Origin: a virus
Length of the DNA stretch: 64,000 bases
IMG/VR virus record: IMGVR_UViG_3300045454_000119
Coordinates: 3,173-67,172 of that record
Direction: 5' to 3' (one strand)
Shown here: one piece after another, positions 18,640 through 26,710 of the stretch
Layout of the letters: each line of letters starts with the position of its first letter
Position numbering within the stretch: the stretch's first letter is position 1
The notes under the pieces: generated by a model
Databases searched by the model: none
Seen by the model: the letters and a program-made list of their open reading frames with translations, nothing else
What the model was told of the DNA's origin: nothing
Translations under genes and position numbers: made by a program

Positions 18640-19155
18640 TCAGAAGGGAATTTCGTCATCGTCGAAGCTGCCGGCAACGGCAAGCGACGCCGGAGCCGGC
18701 GAACCTCCTCCCTCTCCGCCTCCGCCAGAAAACTTCCCCACGTCCGGCTTGGTGGTTTCCTTCCAGAGGATGGCCTTCACGACCGCCCGGGGCTCGTCGT
18801 CCTGCCCCTTCTCGTGCCCGACCCGGACGCGGATCGGGATGTCGTGGAGCTGGCTCGAGTCCTGAAGGTTCATCACCCCGCACGCCCGGCAGAGGGCCGA
18901 GAGCTCGGCCCGGCCGATCTGCTGGGCCTTCTCCGAGGCGTTGATGTGGTTGATGTACTGCCAGAGCTTCCAGCCCTTGTGCTCGCCGTCCACCACCTGG
19001 TAGGTGAGGGCCAGGTAGTACCCGGTGCCCTTGCTGTTCTCCTTGACCTCGCTCTGCTCGACGACCACCGTGTAGTCGCCCTTCGGGATCGCCCCCGAGC
19101 CCGACGACGGCGCCACATCACCCGCGTTGAACTCCATTCCGAGATTGCCGCTCAT
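18640..19155 (-). CDS. DUF669 single-stranded DNA-binding-like protein
   Basis: 'IPKGDY.V...KENSKGTGYYL', acidic tail 'DDDEIPF'. Confidence 0.85.
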   Translation of the reverse strand: MSGNLGMEFNAGDVAPSSGSGAIPKGDYTVVVEQSEVKENSKGTGYYLALTYQVVDGEHKGWKLWQYINHINASEKAQQIGRAELSALCRACGVMNLQDSSQLHDIPIRVRVGHEKGQDDEPRAVVKAILWKETTKPDVGKFSGGGGEGGGSPAPASLAVAGSFDDDEIPF

Positions 19156-19991
19156 ACCGTTCCTTCTTTTTCATTAGCCAAACTCTGTTGTGTCCCTTGC
19201 TCCGCTTCGGCCTGCTCCGGCCCCCACGGCGGGAGCTTCCCCATCGCCGCCAGCAGCCCGTGCCAGTCGAACGCCTTCGGCATCGGGACCTCGTACGGCA
19301 GGTCGAACCGGTTCTTCGCCAGGTGGGTCGGCCGCTCCTCGGTGTAGATGACCCGCTGGCCGGTCCCGACGCCGAGGGTGCGGGTCTGGTTGAACCCGGT
19401 CTCCTCCTCCTTCGTGAACACCTTGTAGTTCGCCAGGAACATCGCGTCGCACCACTGGAACAGCATGTCCCGGATGAACTTGTGGCAGTTGAGCGAGTAG
19501 CGGTCGTAGGCCGAGGTGTCGGGCGGCTCGAACCGCGTGATCTCCGAGTGCCCGAGGACGATGACCATCATCCCCTTGGCCTTGAGGAGGTTGAGCCCCC
19601 GGATCAGCCGCTCGAAGTACGGCGGGACCATTTTGTAGCCCTTGCCGTAGTTGGCGAAGATGTCCCCGCCCTTGGTGTCCTTCCGGCACGCCTCGCGGAT
19701 CTCGGCGTGCACGAGCTGCTCCAGCCGGGACAGGGTGTCGAGCACCACCGTCTGGTAGTCGTGCTTCTCCTTCAAGAGCAGGGTGATGGCGTCCACCACG
19801 TCCTGGAAGCGGCCCACCTGCGGGAAGCGGGCGTAGGTCTCCCGGCCCTGGCCCTGCTCGGTCGGGATGACGATCGGCTTCGGGGCCTGGATCGCCCACT
19901 TGGTCTTACCGACCCCCTCCGGGCCGAACATGATGAGCCGGGGCGGACTCCGGTCCGGCTCGGTGACAATGGATTCGAGCGTGAATGACAT
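19152..19991 (-). CDS. AAA_24 phage ATPase (Sak4-like recombination protein)
   Basis: 'FGPEGVGKT', 'VVLDTL', 'YGKGY', 'AKNRF.LP'; adjacent to DUF669. Confidence 0.9.
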   Translation of the reverse strand: MSFTLESIVTEPDRSPPRLIMFGPEGVGKTKWAIQAPKPIVIPTEQGQGRETYARFPQVGRFQDVVDAITLLLKEKHDYQTVVLDTLSRLEQLVHAEIREACRKDTKGGDIFANYGKGYKMVPPYFERLIRGLNLLKAKGMMVIVLGHSEITRFEPPDTSAYDRYSLNCHKFIRDMLFQWCDAMFLANYKVFTKEEETGFNQTRTLGVGTGQRVIYTEERPTHLAKNRFDLPYEVPMPKAFDWHGLLAAMGKLPPWGPEQAEAEQGTQQSLANEKEGTV

Positions 19992-20072
19992 GTTCCTCCT
20001 GTGTGGCCGTCCCGTGATGGGCGTCATTCACAGCCCGTGAATCACGTCCGCACCATGACCGGCGTCATTTCA

Positions 20073-20116
20073 ATGGTTGACAGAGTTACTACGGGCGGAC
20101 TAAAAGTGTCAACCAT
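20073..20116. promoter_or_regulatory. Overlapping divergent promoters inside a 10-bp inverted repeat
   Basis: atggTTGACA (20073-20082) ... TGTCAAccat (20107-20116), at the switch between leftward and rightward operons. Confidence 0.65.
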
Positions 20117-20318
20117 GAACAAGGCGCTACTCGAAATAATCGATCGGTGCGGGGGCGACCTGATGGTGGCCTACAACCTCGCCCTCCATCAGCAGACGGT
20201 GAAGCGGTGGGCCCGGCGGGGCGGCATCCCGTCCAAGTACTGGCGGCGGCTGTCCGAGATGGGCGGCATCCCCCTCCAATCCATCCGCGAGGTCCACGCG
20301 AAGGCTAAGCGTAAGTAA
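20115..20318 (+). CDS. Cro-like HTH protein 2
   Basis: 'GGDLMVAYNLALHQQTVKRWARRGGIPSKYW'; first gene of the rightward operon. Confidence 0.75.
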   Translation: MNKALLEIIDRCGGDLMVAYNLALHQQTVKRWARRGGIPSKYWRRLSEMGGIPLQSIREVHAKAKRK

Positions 20319-20326
20319 GGGGCCGC

Positions 20327-22567
20327 GTGACGACGTTCCTCGACCTCTCCCGGCGGCTCGTGCTGGAGCGGGGCATTTCCGTCCACCCGGTCATCCCCGG
20401 CGACAAGTGCCCCGGCAGGTACGGCTCCGGCCGGTGGTGGCCGCTGTCCGTCTCCGAGTACAAGCTGCGGCTCCCGACCGAGGAGGAGCTGGCGCTCTGG
20501 GCCTCGTGGCCGGAAGCCGGCCTCGCGGTCCTGGCCTGTCCGCTCTCCGGGGTCGTCGCCGTCGACTTCGACCACCGCCCGGACCTGCACCGGGCCGTCG
20601 CCGCGCTCCTCCCCGAGACGCCGGTCAAGAAGCGCGGGGAGAAGGGCCTGACGTGGTTCTTCCGCCACTCCGGCGAGGAGAACAAGAAGTGGTCGCTCGG
20701 CGGCGAGGTGGTGGTCGAGGTCCTCGCCAACCACTCCTGTACCGTCCCCCCGAGCGTCCACCCGACCGGGCTGCTCTACGAGTGGGACGGTCCCGGCCTG
20801 GCCGACGTCGACAAGGCGGACCTCCCGGTTCTCCCCGCCGACCTGCCCGACCGCCTGACCCAGTTCTTCGCGGCGTTCGAGCCGAAGCGGAGGGTGCCGG
20901 CCCCGGCCATCGAGCGGCCCGCCTACGTGCCCCGGCCGGACGAGCTGGAGGAGGTCGACCGGGCCCTCGACTGCGTCTCCCCCGACGATTACGAGACCTG
21001 GGTGCAGGTCGGGATGGCGATCCGGTCGAAGTTCCCCGGCGCCGACGGGTTTATGGCCTGGGACCGTTGGAGCCGGCGGTCGCCCAAGTACCACAAGAAC
21101 CGGCCCGGGGAGATGAATCGGAAGTGGGGGTCGTTCTCCGGCGAGGGGGTGAACCTCGGGACCGTCTTCCACCTGGCGAGGGAGAACGGCTACCGCCCGC
21201 CTGCGCGACAGCCGACAAGTCCGTCACCCGTCGACCTGTCCGGCTTCCTCGGAGGGGTGAAGGAGAACCAAGCCTCACCCGAGAAGGAAAGACAGGAAGA
21301 CCCGCCCGCCCCGTCGTTCGCGCTTCCGGTGGACTTGCTCACCTCGGCCCCGGGGCTGGTCGGGGACGTGGCCGTGTGGCTCACGGTCAACAACTTCTAC
21401 CACCAGCACGCCTACTCGCTCGCCGCCGCCCTTTCCTTCGTCGGCGTCCTGAAGGCCCACCGGGTGTGCACCGAGGAAGACGCCCGGACGAACCTGCTGA
21501 CCGTGGCCGTCGGGCCGTCCACGTCCGGGAAGAGCTCGCCGCTCAAGCGGCTCATGTCGCTCGCCGCCTCGGCCGGGGTGTTCGACCGGATGAACGGGGA
21601 GCCCGCGTCCGAGCAGGCCCTCATCAAGGGGCTGGTGGACAGCGGCCACAAGGCGCTGGTCCTGTGGGACGAGATGGGCCTGGCCCTGAAGGCGATGTTC
21701 TCGACCACCGCCCCGTCCTACAAGGCCGGCATCGTCCGGACGCTGCTCAAGGTCTACTCGATGGCCGACGAGACGATGCTCGGCTTCCAGTACGCGAACC
21801 ACGACGGCAAGACCCCGCGGGTGGACCTGCACCAGCCGTGCCTGTGCCTGTACGGCACGACCACGCCGGAGGGCATCTACGGGGCCTTCTCCTCGGTCGA
21901 GGCGATCAACGGGTTCGCCGCCCGGCTGCTCCTGTTCGAGACGCACGACTACGTCGCCAAGCGGCACAAGGGGACGAAGATCCCGCCGCCCCCGGAACTG
22001 CTCGACCGGATCCGGGCGGCGGCCGGGCTGACCGACCCGGCCCCGGCCGGGAACCTGGCCGGGGTGGGCGTCATCGCCCCGCGAACCGTACCGTACGACG
22101 ACGACGCCCGGAGGCTGGTCGACCTCGCCGGGGAGCGGTTCGAGGGGCTCAAGAACCAGGCCATCCGGGGCCGGCGGCGGGCCGACGAGTCGATCTGGGG
22201 TCGGGCCTACGAGCACATGGTGAAGGTGGCCCTGACCGTCGAGGACGGCCCCGCGATCACCGCGGCCAGCGTCCGCTGGGCGTTCGACCTGGTAGAACGG
22301 CTCTGCAAAAACATGGTCGTTGCCGCGCGGGATCAGATCGCGGACAATCAGACCCACGCCGAGGTGAACTCCGTGCTCCGCATCATACGGGACGCGCACC
22401 CCGGCTGGCTGTCGCTCAGCGACATCTACAAGAAGACCCGCGGGATGCCCCGCCAGAAGAGGACGGACCACCTTGCCCAGCTACTGGAGGAAGGGACGAT
22501 CGAGTGCGACGAGCAGACGACCGGCGGGCGGACCAGGAAACTCTACCGGTACCTTAACAGCACTTAA
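20327..22567 (+). CDS. Primase-polymerase / PriCT-2 / DUF3987 helicase fusion
   Basis: Prim-Pol 'SGVVAVDFD', PriCT-2 'DYETWVQVGMA...WDRWS..SPKY...W.SF', P-loop 'GPSTSGKS', 'DEMG'. Confidence 0.9.
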   Translation: MTTFLDLSRRLVLERGISVHPVIPGDKCPGRYGSGRWWPLSVSEYKLRLPTEEELALWASWPEAGLAVLACPLSGVVAVDFDHRPDLHRAVAALLPETPVKKRGEKGLTWFFRHSGEENKKWSLGGEVVVEVLANHSCTVPPSVHPTGLLYEWDGPGLADVDKADLPVLPADLPDRLTQFFAAFEPKRRVPAPAIERPAYVPRPDELEEVDRALDCVSPDDYETWVQVGMAIRSKFPGADGFMAWDRWSRRSPKYHKNRPGEMNRKWGSFSGEGVNLGTVFHLARENGYRPPARQPTSPSPVDLSGFLGGVKENQASPEKERQEDPPAPSFALPVDLLTSAPGLVGDVAVWLTVNNFYHQHAYSLAAALSFVGVLKAHRVCTEEDARTNLLTVAVGPSTSGKSSPLKRLMSLAASAGVFDRMNGEPASEQALIKGLVDSGHKALVLWDEMGLALKAMFSTTAPSYKAGIVRTLLKVYSMADETMLGFQYANHDGKTPRVDLHQPCLCLYGTTTPEGIYGAFSSVEAINGFAARLLLFETHDYVAKRHKGTKIPPPPELLDRIRAAAGLTDPAPAGNLAGVGVIAPRTVPYDDDARRLVDLAGERFEGLKNQAIRGRRRADESIWGRAYEHMVKVALTVEDGPAITAASVRWAFDLVERLCKNMVVAARDQIADNQTHAEVNSVLRIIRDAHPGWLSLSDIYKKTRGMPRQKRTDHLAQLLEEGTIECDEQTTGGRTRKLYRYLNST

Positions 22568-22812
22568 TCGCAGCTTAATCGCCTCGGGGAAAGTTGAGCC
22601 GTTCCGCTGACTTGACCCCTTAATCGACATAATCGACATAATCGCAGCCGGGCAGGCCGGGACAAGATTCGTGTCTGAAATGCCCCAGACCATTGCTATT
22701 ATGTATATTAAGTAGATTATCTATTTATTAGATATATAACTACTTCTCTTCACTCAACTTCATCCCGACCCTTAATCGACACGCCCCCTGCGATTAAGGT
22801 GCTGTTAAGGTA
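22550..22812. other. Putative phage replication origin
   Basis: Seven TAATCG/CGATTA units, AT-rich core 22690-22760, ~24-bp terminal inverted repeat; directly after primase-helicase. Confidence 0.7.
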
Positions 22813-22838
22813 AGCGCCCCGCCTGATACCCTCGGCTC

Positions 22839-23249
22839 ATGACCTGGGCCCGGCTCGCCCCCCTCGACCCCTCCACCCCCGACTACGAGCACCTGGAACA
22901 GGTCCGGTTCTTCAACCTGCTGTCCAACGTCAACCACCCGGCCGCCCGGCTCGCCTTCGCCGTCCCCAACCAAGCCGTCGCCAAGTTCCGGAGCAAGGCC
23001 GCCCGGGTCCGGTTCTGGAAAGAGGGGGTTCGTGCGGGGGCGCCGGATGTACTCGTGCTCTGGCCGATTGGCGAGCGACACGGTTTGGCGTTGGAATTCA
23101 AGCGACCCGGGGAGAACCCACGTCCGGAGCAAGTCGAGTTCTTGGAGCGGCTCGATGCAGCCGGATACCAAACAGCGGTCGTCTTTTCTGCAAAACAAGC
23201 TTTTCAAACACTCCTGGAGTACCTCGAAGTTGAGGTAAACTGGCGGTGA
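22839..23249 (+). CDS. VRR-NUC (PD-D/ExK) nuclease
   Basis: 'FAVPN', 'EGVRAGAPDV', 'LEFK', 'EQVEFLERL..AGY'. Confidence 0.9.
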   Translation: MTWARLAPLDPSTPDYEHLEQVRFFNLLSNVNHPAARLAFAVPNQAVAKFRSKAARVRFWKEGVRAGAPDVLVLWPIGERHGLALEFKRPGENPRPEQVEFLERLDAAGYQTAVVFSAKQAFQTLLEYLEVEVNWR

Positions 23250-23927
23250 ATGAAGCGGAGCATTCGACTCAAGCCCTCAACGGTACTTTACTGCGGCTAC
23301 TGCGAGCACTGTAGCAACGGTATGGTCGTTCGCCGCGAGGCTTTGAAGCGTCGCTTCTGCTCGACGAAGTGTCGATATCTGGCCATGGGCGTTGCTCAGC
23401 GAGAGGCGGCAAATCCGAGCTGGAAAGGGGCGAAGGTCGAACGACGTTGCCGCATCTGCGTCACAAGGTTTTTGGTCTACCGAAGCTCGACGAAGCAGAC
23501 TTGCTCACGGCGATGCGATTCAGAGCGCCGTCGAATCACTCAGCTTCGAGAGCGGTCACACCGCTGGAAAGGAGGACGGACCTCGCTGGTAATGACGATT
23601 CGGAACTCGGCTCTATACACGGCATGGCGAAAGACGGTCTTCGGGCGAGATGACCACACTTGCTTTCTCTGCCAGCGACGCGGTGGACGGCTGACCGCGC
23701 ACCACATCAGCCCCTTTGCCTCGGACTCTGTTCTCGCCCTCGAGCCCGCTAACGGAATCACTCTCTGTTGGCCGTGTCACAAGGGAATCAAGTCGAGAGA
23801 GGGAGAGTACGAGGACCGATTCTACTCCCACACGACGCAGCTCCGGTGGCTGCACATCTCTTGTGAGCGCTATACGCACATCTCCAACGCTGCTTCTGCC
23901 CTCGGCCTGGAAGCCCACTTCTCCTGA
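23250..23927 (+). CDS. HNH endonuclease with Zn-finger repeats
   Basis: 'FCSTKC', 'TCSRRC', 'WKGG', 'VFGRDDHTC..C...AHHI...NGITLCWPCH'; lower GC than flanks. Confidence 0.85.
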   Translation: MKRSIRLKPSTVLYCGYCEHCSNGMVVRREALKRRFCSTKCRYLAMGVAQREAANPSWKGAKVERRCRICVTRFLVYRSSTKQTCSRRCDSERRRITQLRERSHRWKGGRTSLVMTIRNSALYTAWRKTVFGRDDHTCFLCQRRGGRLTAHHISPFASDSVLALEPANGITLCWPCHKGIKSREGEYEDRFYSHTTQLRWLHISCERYTHISNAASALGLEAHFS

Positions 23928-23982
23928 CGCCCAACCAGAAACCTCGTGCAACGATCCGCGTCATGCCGCATCCTACTCCCCA

Positions 23983-24297
23983 GTGGACCGGAAGCCCCAC
24001 ATCGCCGACCTCGTCCAGTACGACGAGTTCGGGCCGTGCGACCTGGCGACGCCGGAGAAGCGGCTCATCGGCGCGGTCGTCCTCCGGGCCGTCCTCGACT
24101 TCCACTCCGTCGCCAGGTGCGACCGGAACGCCCGCCGGTCGGCCCGCATCTTCCTGTTCTCCGACAACCCGAGAAAGAGCCTGCTCCGGGAGTACCTGGC
24201 GTTGTTGTTCCAGGATCCGGAGGGGGAACTCCGGCGGCTACGGGCCGGGGTCCTCGACGGGTCGATCCGGCCGAAGAAGGTGGCGACGCCGGAGTGA
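23983..24297 (+). CDS. Putative phage transcription regulator
   Basis: 'PEKRLIGAVVLRAVLDF...SARIFLFS'; last early gene before the late region. Confidence 0.6.
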   Translation: MDRKPHIADLVQYDEFGPCDLATPEKRLIGAVVLRAVLDFHSVARCDRNARRSARIFLFSDNPRKSLLREYLALLFQDPEGELRRLRAGVLDGSIRPKKVATPE

Positions 24298-24336
24298 AGT
24301 TGTTGACTCACGATGTCGGGTCGTGGCAACCTGCGG

Positions 24337-24730
24337 ACGGGTCACAACGGTGCCCGGCGCGGGTGAGGTAAAGCCCGCATGCCGAAGCCCCGGAGGCAGG
24401 CCCGGGTGCCGCTGGGACCCGTGCACGTCGGGGGTGGAGGAACTTGACAACGCGGTGCGATCCGTATGAACCTGCGCAAATCGCATGGAGGGCACACAAA
24501 TCCTCCGTGTTACCGAAAGACCGTGACCTCTCCGTGCCGCCAAGCTGGGAAGGGGTCGCGGTCTTCGCCTTTTCAGGTGCTCTGACCGGGTCGAGGCGGG
24601 GCGCCCGAGCCTCTCCTGTACGGCACTGAATTCGGGACGCAAGCCCCCGAAGCGCAGGGTAGCCGACACCGAGCCCGGCCTTCATCTTCCTCAACGGCAC
24701 GCACACCGCACGGCGGGGCGGCCGCCTTCT
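24337..24730 (+). ncRNA. Candidate structured RNA / late-operon leader
   Basis: Promoter TTGACT(24303)-18-CAACCT(24327); multi-stem structure with G-U pairs; no credible ORF. Confidence 0.5.
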
Positions 24731-24785
24731 TGCCCATCTTCCCCCGTGACAAGCCGAGTCAACACGTGCCATCCTGGTACCCAGG

Positions 24786-25130
24786 ATGCGACTGAGGATC
24801 GTGAGCGACGGATCGGCGGACGGGACTCGGGTCGTGGACGAGGACGGCCGCACCCTGGAGGGTGTGGCCGCCGTTACCTGGCAGGTGAACCAGGACCGCA
24901 CCGTCACCGCCACCCTCGTGCTGCGGGAGGTGGCCGTCGACATCGCGGCGGAATACACGCCCAAGACCACGGTCGTCACCTGCCCGATCTGTGACGCCCG
25001 GTACGAGGTGCCGAGCCGGGACCTGGCCCGGAAGGCCGACGTGGTCGGGACGAACGCCCGGTGGAGGTGTGGCACCTGCGGGAAGGGGAGCTTCGCCGAG
25101 GACTGGTTTTCGACCGAAGGGATGAACTGA
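24786..25130 (+). CDS. Hypothetical protein with C-terminal Zn ribbon (paralog of next gene)
   Basis: 'MRLRIVSDGSADGTRVVDEDG', CPIC...CGTC. Confidence 0.7.
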   Translation: MRLRIVSDGSADGTRVVDEDGRTLEGVAAVTWQVNQDRTVTATLVLREVAVDIAAEYTPKTTVVTCPICDARYEVPSRDLARKADVVGTNARWRCGTCGKGSFAEDWFSTEGMN

Positions 25131-25167
25131 GCATCACCCGCAAAGGGAATGCACCACGTAGAGGAAC

Positions 25168-25533
25168 ATGAAGCTGAAGGTCGTGAGCGATGGAACCCCG
25201 ATGGGGACGCGGGTTGAGGACGAGCACGGGAACGTCGTCGAGAACGTCGTCAACGTCCTCTGGTCGTGCAACGCCGATGACGGTCACGCCGACGTGAGCA
25301 TCAACCTGGTACGGCTGCCGGTCGAGGTGGTTGGCCAGGTGGCCCACGTCACGGCTGATGCACCTGGGTGGCTGCTTGCGGAGGCTCTCGACGGGATGTC
25401 AGACGAGGAGTTGGCCGAAGTGCAGAAGGCGGTCCAGTCGGCCCGCGTGCAGCGTCAAATCAAGCGACAAATCGAGGTGACCACAATGGAGCAAGCCGCG
25501 AATGGGGAGCGGGAGTTTGTGGATGCCGAGTAG
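25168..25533 (+). CDS. Hypothetical protein (paralog of previous gene)
   Basis: 'MKLKVVSDGTPMGTRVEDEHG'. Confidence 0.7.
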   Translation: MKLKVVSDGTPMGTRVEDEHGNVVENVVNVLWSCNADDGHADVSINLVRLPVEVVGQVAHVTADAPGWLLAEALDGMSDEELAEVQKAVQSARVQRQIKRQIEVTTMEQAANGEREFVDAE

Positions 25534-25903
25534 AGCCCCCCGCCCCTGCACCCACCCCGGCTGCCCCGAACTCGTCACCCTCGGCTCCCGGTGCCAACAG
25601 CACCAGCGGGAGCAGTTCAAGCAGAAGACCGCCGTGGCCATGACCGACGAGCGGAAGCGGGAGGACAAGCGGTTCTACGACTCCGCCCTGTGGCAGAAGG
25701 TCCGGGCCCAGGTGCTCATGAAGGAGCCGTACTGTCGGGAGTGCAGGAGGAGTGGCAGAGTGGAGTTGGCGACGATGGTAGATCACATCGACCGGATCCA
25801 GGCCGGGGGCTCGAGGGTCGCGGCATCGAACCTTCAGCCGCTCTGCGAATACCACCATGCCGTTAAACGACAGAAGGAGTCGAGGGAGGCGAAGGTCGGG
25901 TGA
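25523..25903 (+). CDS. Terminase-associated HNH endonuclease (HK97 gp74-like)
   Basis: 'PRPCTHPGC', 'FYDS..WQKVR', 'EPYCREC', 'VDHI', 'NLQPLC..HH..K'. Confidence 0.9.
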   Translation: MPSRAPRPCTHPGCPELVTLGSRCQQHQREQFKQKTAVAMTDERKREDKRFYDSALWQKVRAQVLMKEPYCRECRRSGRVELATMVDHIDRIQAGGSRVAASNLQPLCEYHHAVKRQKESREAKVG

Positions 25904-26076
25904 GGCGGTTCGATCTGACTTGGGACAAGGACTACGGCTCAGGCAAGCGGACGGGATGGACCGTGACGCTCGACGGCGTCCACCTCGTGCAGCTCGAACC
26001 CTGGTTGGTGGTCGCCCTGCTTCGTGCTGTGCGAACATGGTTTAGATGGAAGCGGTCGGGATGGGACGGCGTATGA
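25900..26076 (+). CDS. Small Trp-rich hypothetical protein
   Basis: GTGA-coupled 58-aa ORF MRRFDLTWDKDYGSG... Confidence 0.4.
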   Translation: MRRFDLTWDKDYGSGKRTGWTVTLDGVHLVQLEPWLVVALLRAVRTWFRWKRSGWDGV

Positions 26077-26119
26077 CGGGCGTCCTGGGAACCGACACCG
26101 ACATGTCCAAAGAAACGAC

Positions 26120-26230
26120 AGTTGGGGGAGGGGGTGTCCAGAACCTGACACCCCCCGGCCTCCGATCCCCCCGAAGGTCATTTGCGCGCGGCCGCAGGTA
26201 ACCGGGCAAGGGGTTTTACGAACCGAGTTT
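26120..26230. other. Probable cos packaging region
   Basis: G-run/C-run non-coding stretch between HNH and TerS, the usual cos position in HK97-like phages; cut site not determined. Confidence 0.45.
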
Positions 26231-26235
26231 GAGTC

Positions 26236-26709
26236 ATGGGACGCAGAGGGCCGGCGCCACAGCCGACGAAACTGAAGATGCTCCGGGGCAACCCGGGCAA
26301 GCGGCCGCTGAACGCGGCCGAGCCGCAGCCGGACCCGACCCCGCCGGCCTGCCCGGAGTGGCTCGACGACATCGCGAAGGAGCGGTGGCACGACCTCGCC
26401 CCCGAGTTGACCCGCCTCGGGCTGCTTACCTCCGTTGACGGGGACGCGTTGGCCGCCTACTGCCAGGCGTACGCGGAGCTGAAGATCGCGACCGAGACGC
26501 TCCGGACCGAGGACCGGTTCTTCACCACCGACAAGGGGTACATGGTCCCGCACCCGGCCGTCGCCATGCAGCGGACGGCGCTGGAGGCGGTCAAGAAGTT
26601 CTCCGCCCTGTTCGGCCTCGACCCGTCGTCCCGGTCCCGGCTCGCCACGCCCGGCGAGAAGCCGGCGGCCGACCCGTTCGACAAGTTCCTGACGAAAAAG
26701 CCGGCGTGA
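26236..26709 (+). CDS. terS: Terminase small subunit (P27 family)
   Basis: 'PTKLKMLRGNPGKRPLN', 'LAAYCQAY', 'HPAV', 'FGLDPSSRSRL'. Confidence 0.95.
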   Translation: MGRRGPAPQPTKLKMLRGNPGKRPLNAAEPQPDPTPPACPEWLDDIAKERWHDLAPELTRLGLLTSVDGDALAAYCQAYAELKIATETLRTEDRFFTTDKGYMVPHPAVAMQRTALEAVKKFSALFGLDPSSRSRLATPGEKPAADPFDKFLTKKPA

Positions 26710-26710
26710 T

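Noticed and set aside
24379-24402. CCGAAG...CAGG as a glycine riboswitch core
   Set aside because: Lacks GGAGA and UCUCAGG elements and has no glycine-related gene; left unclassified.
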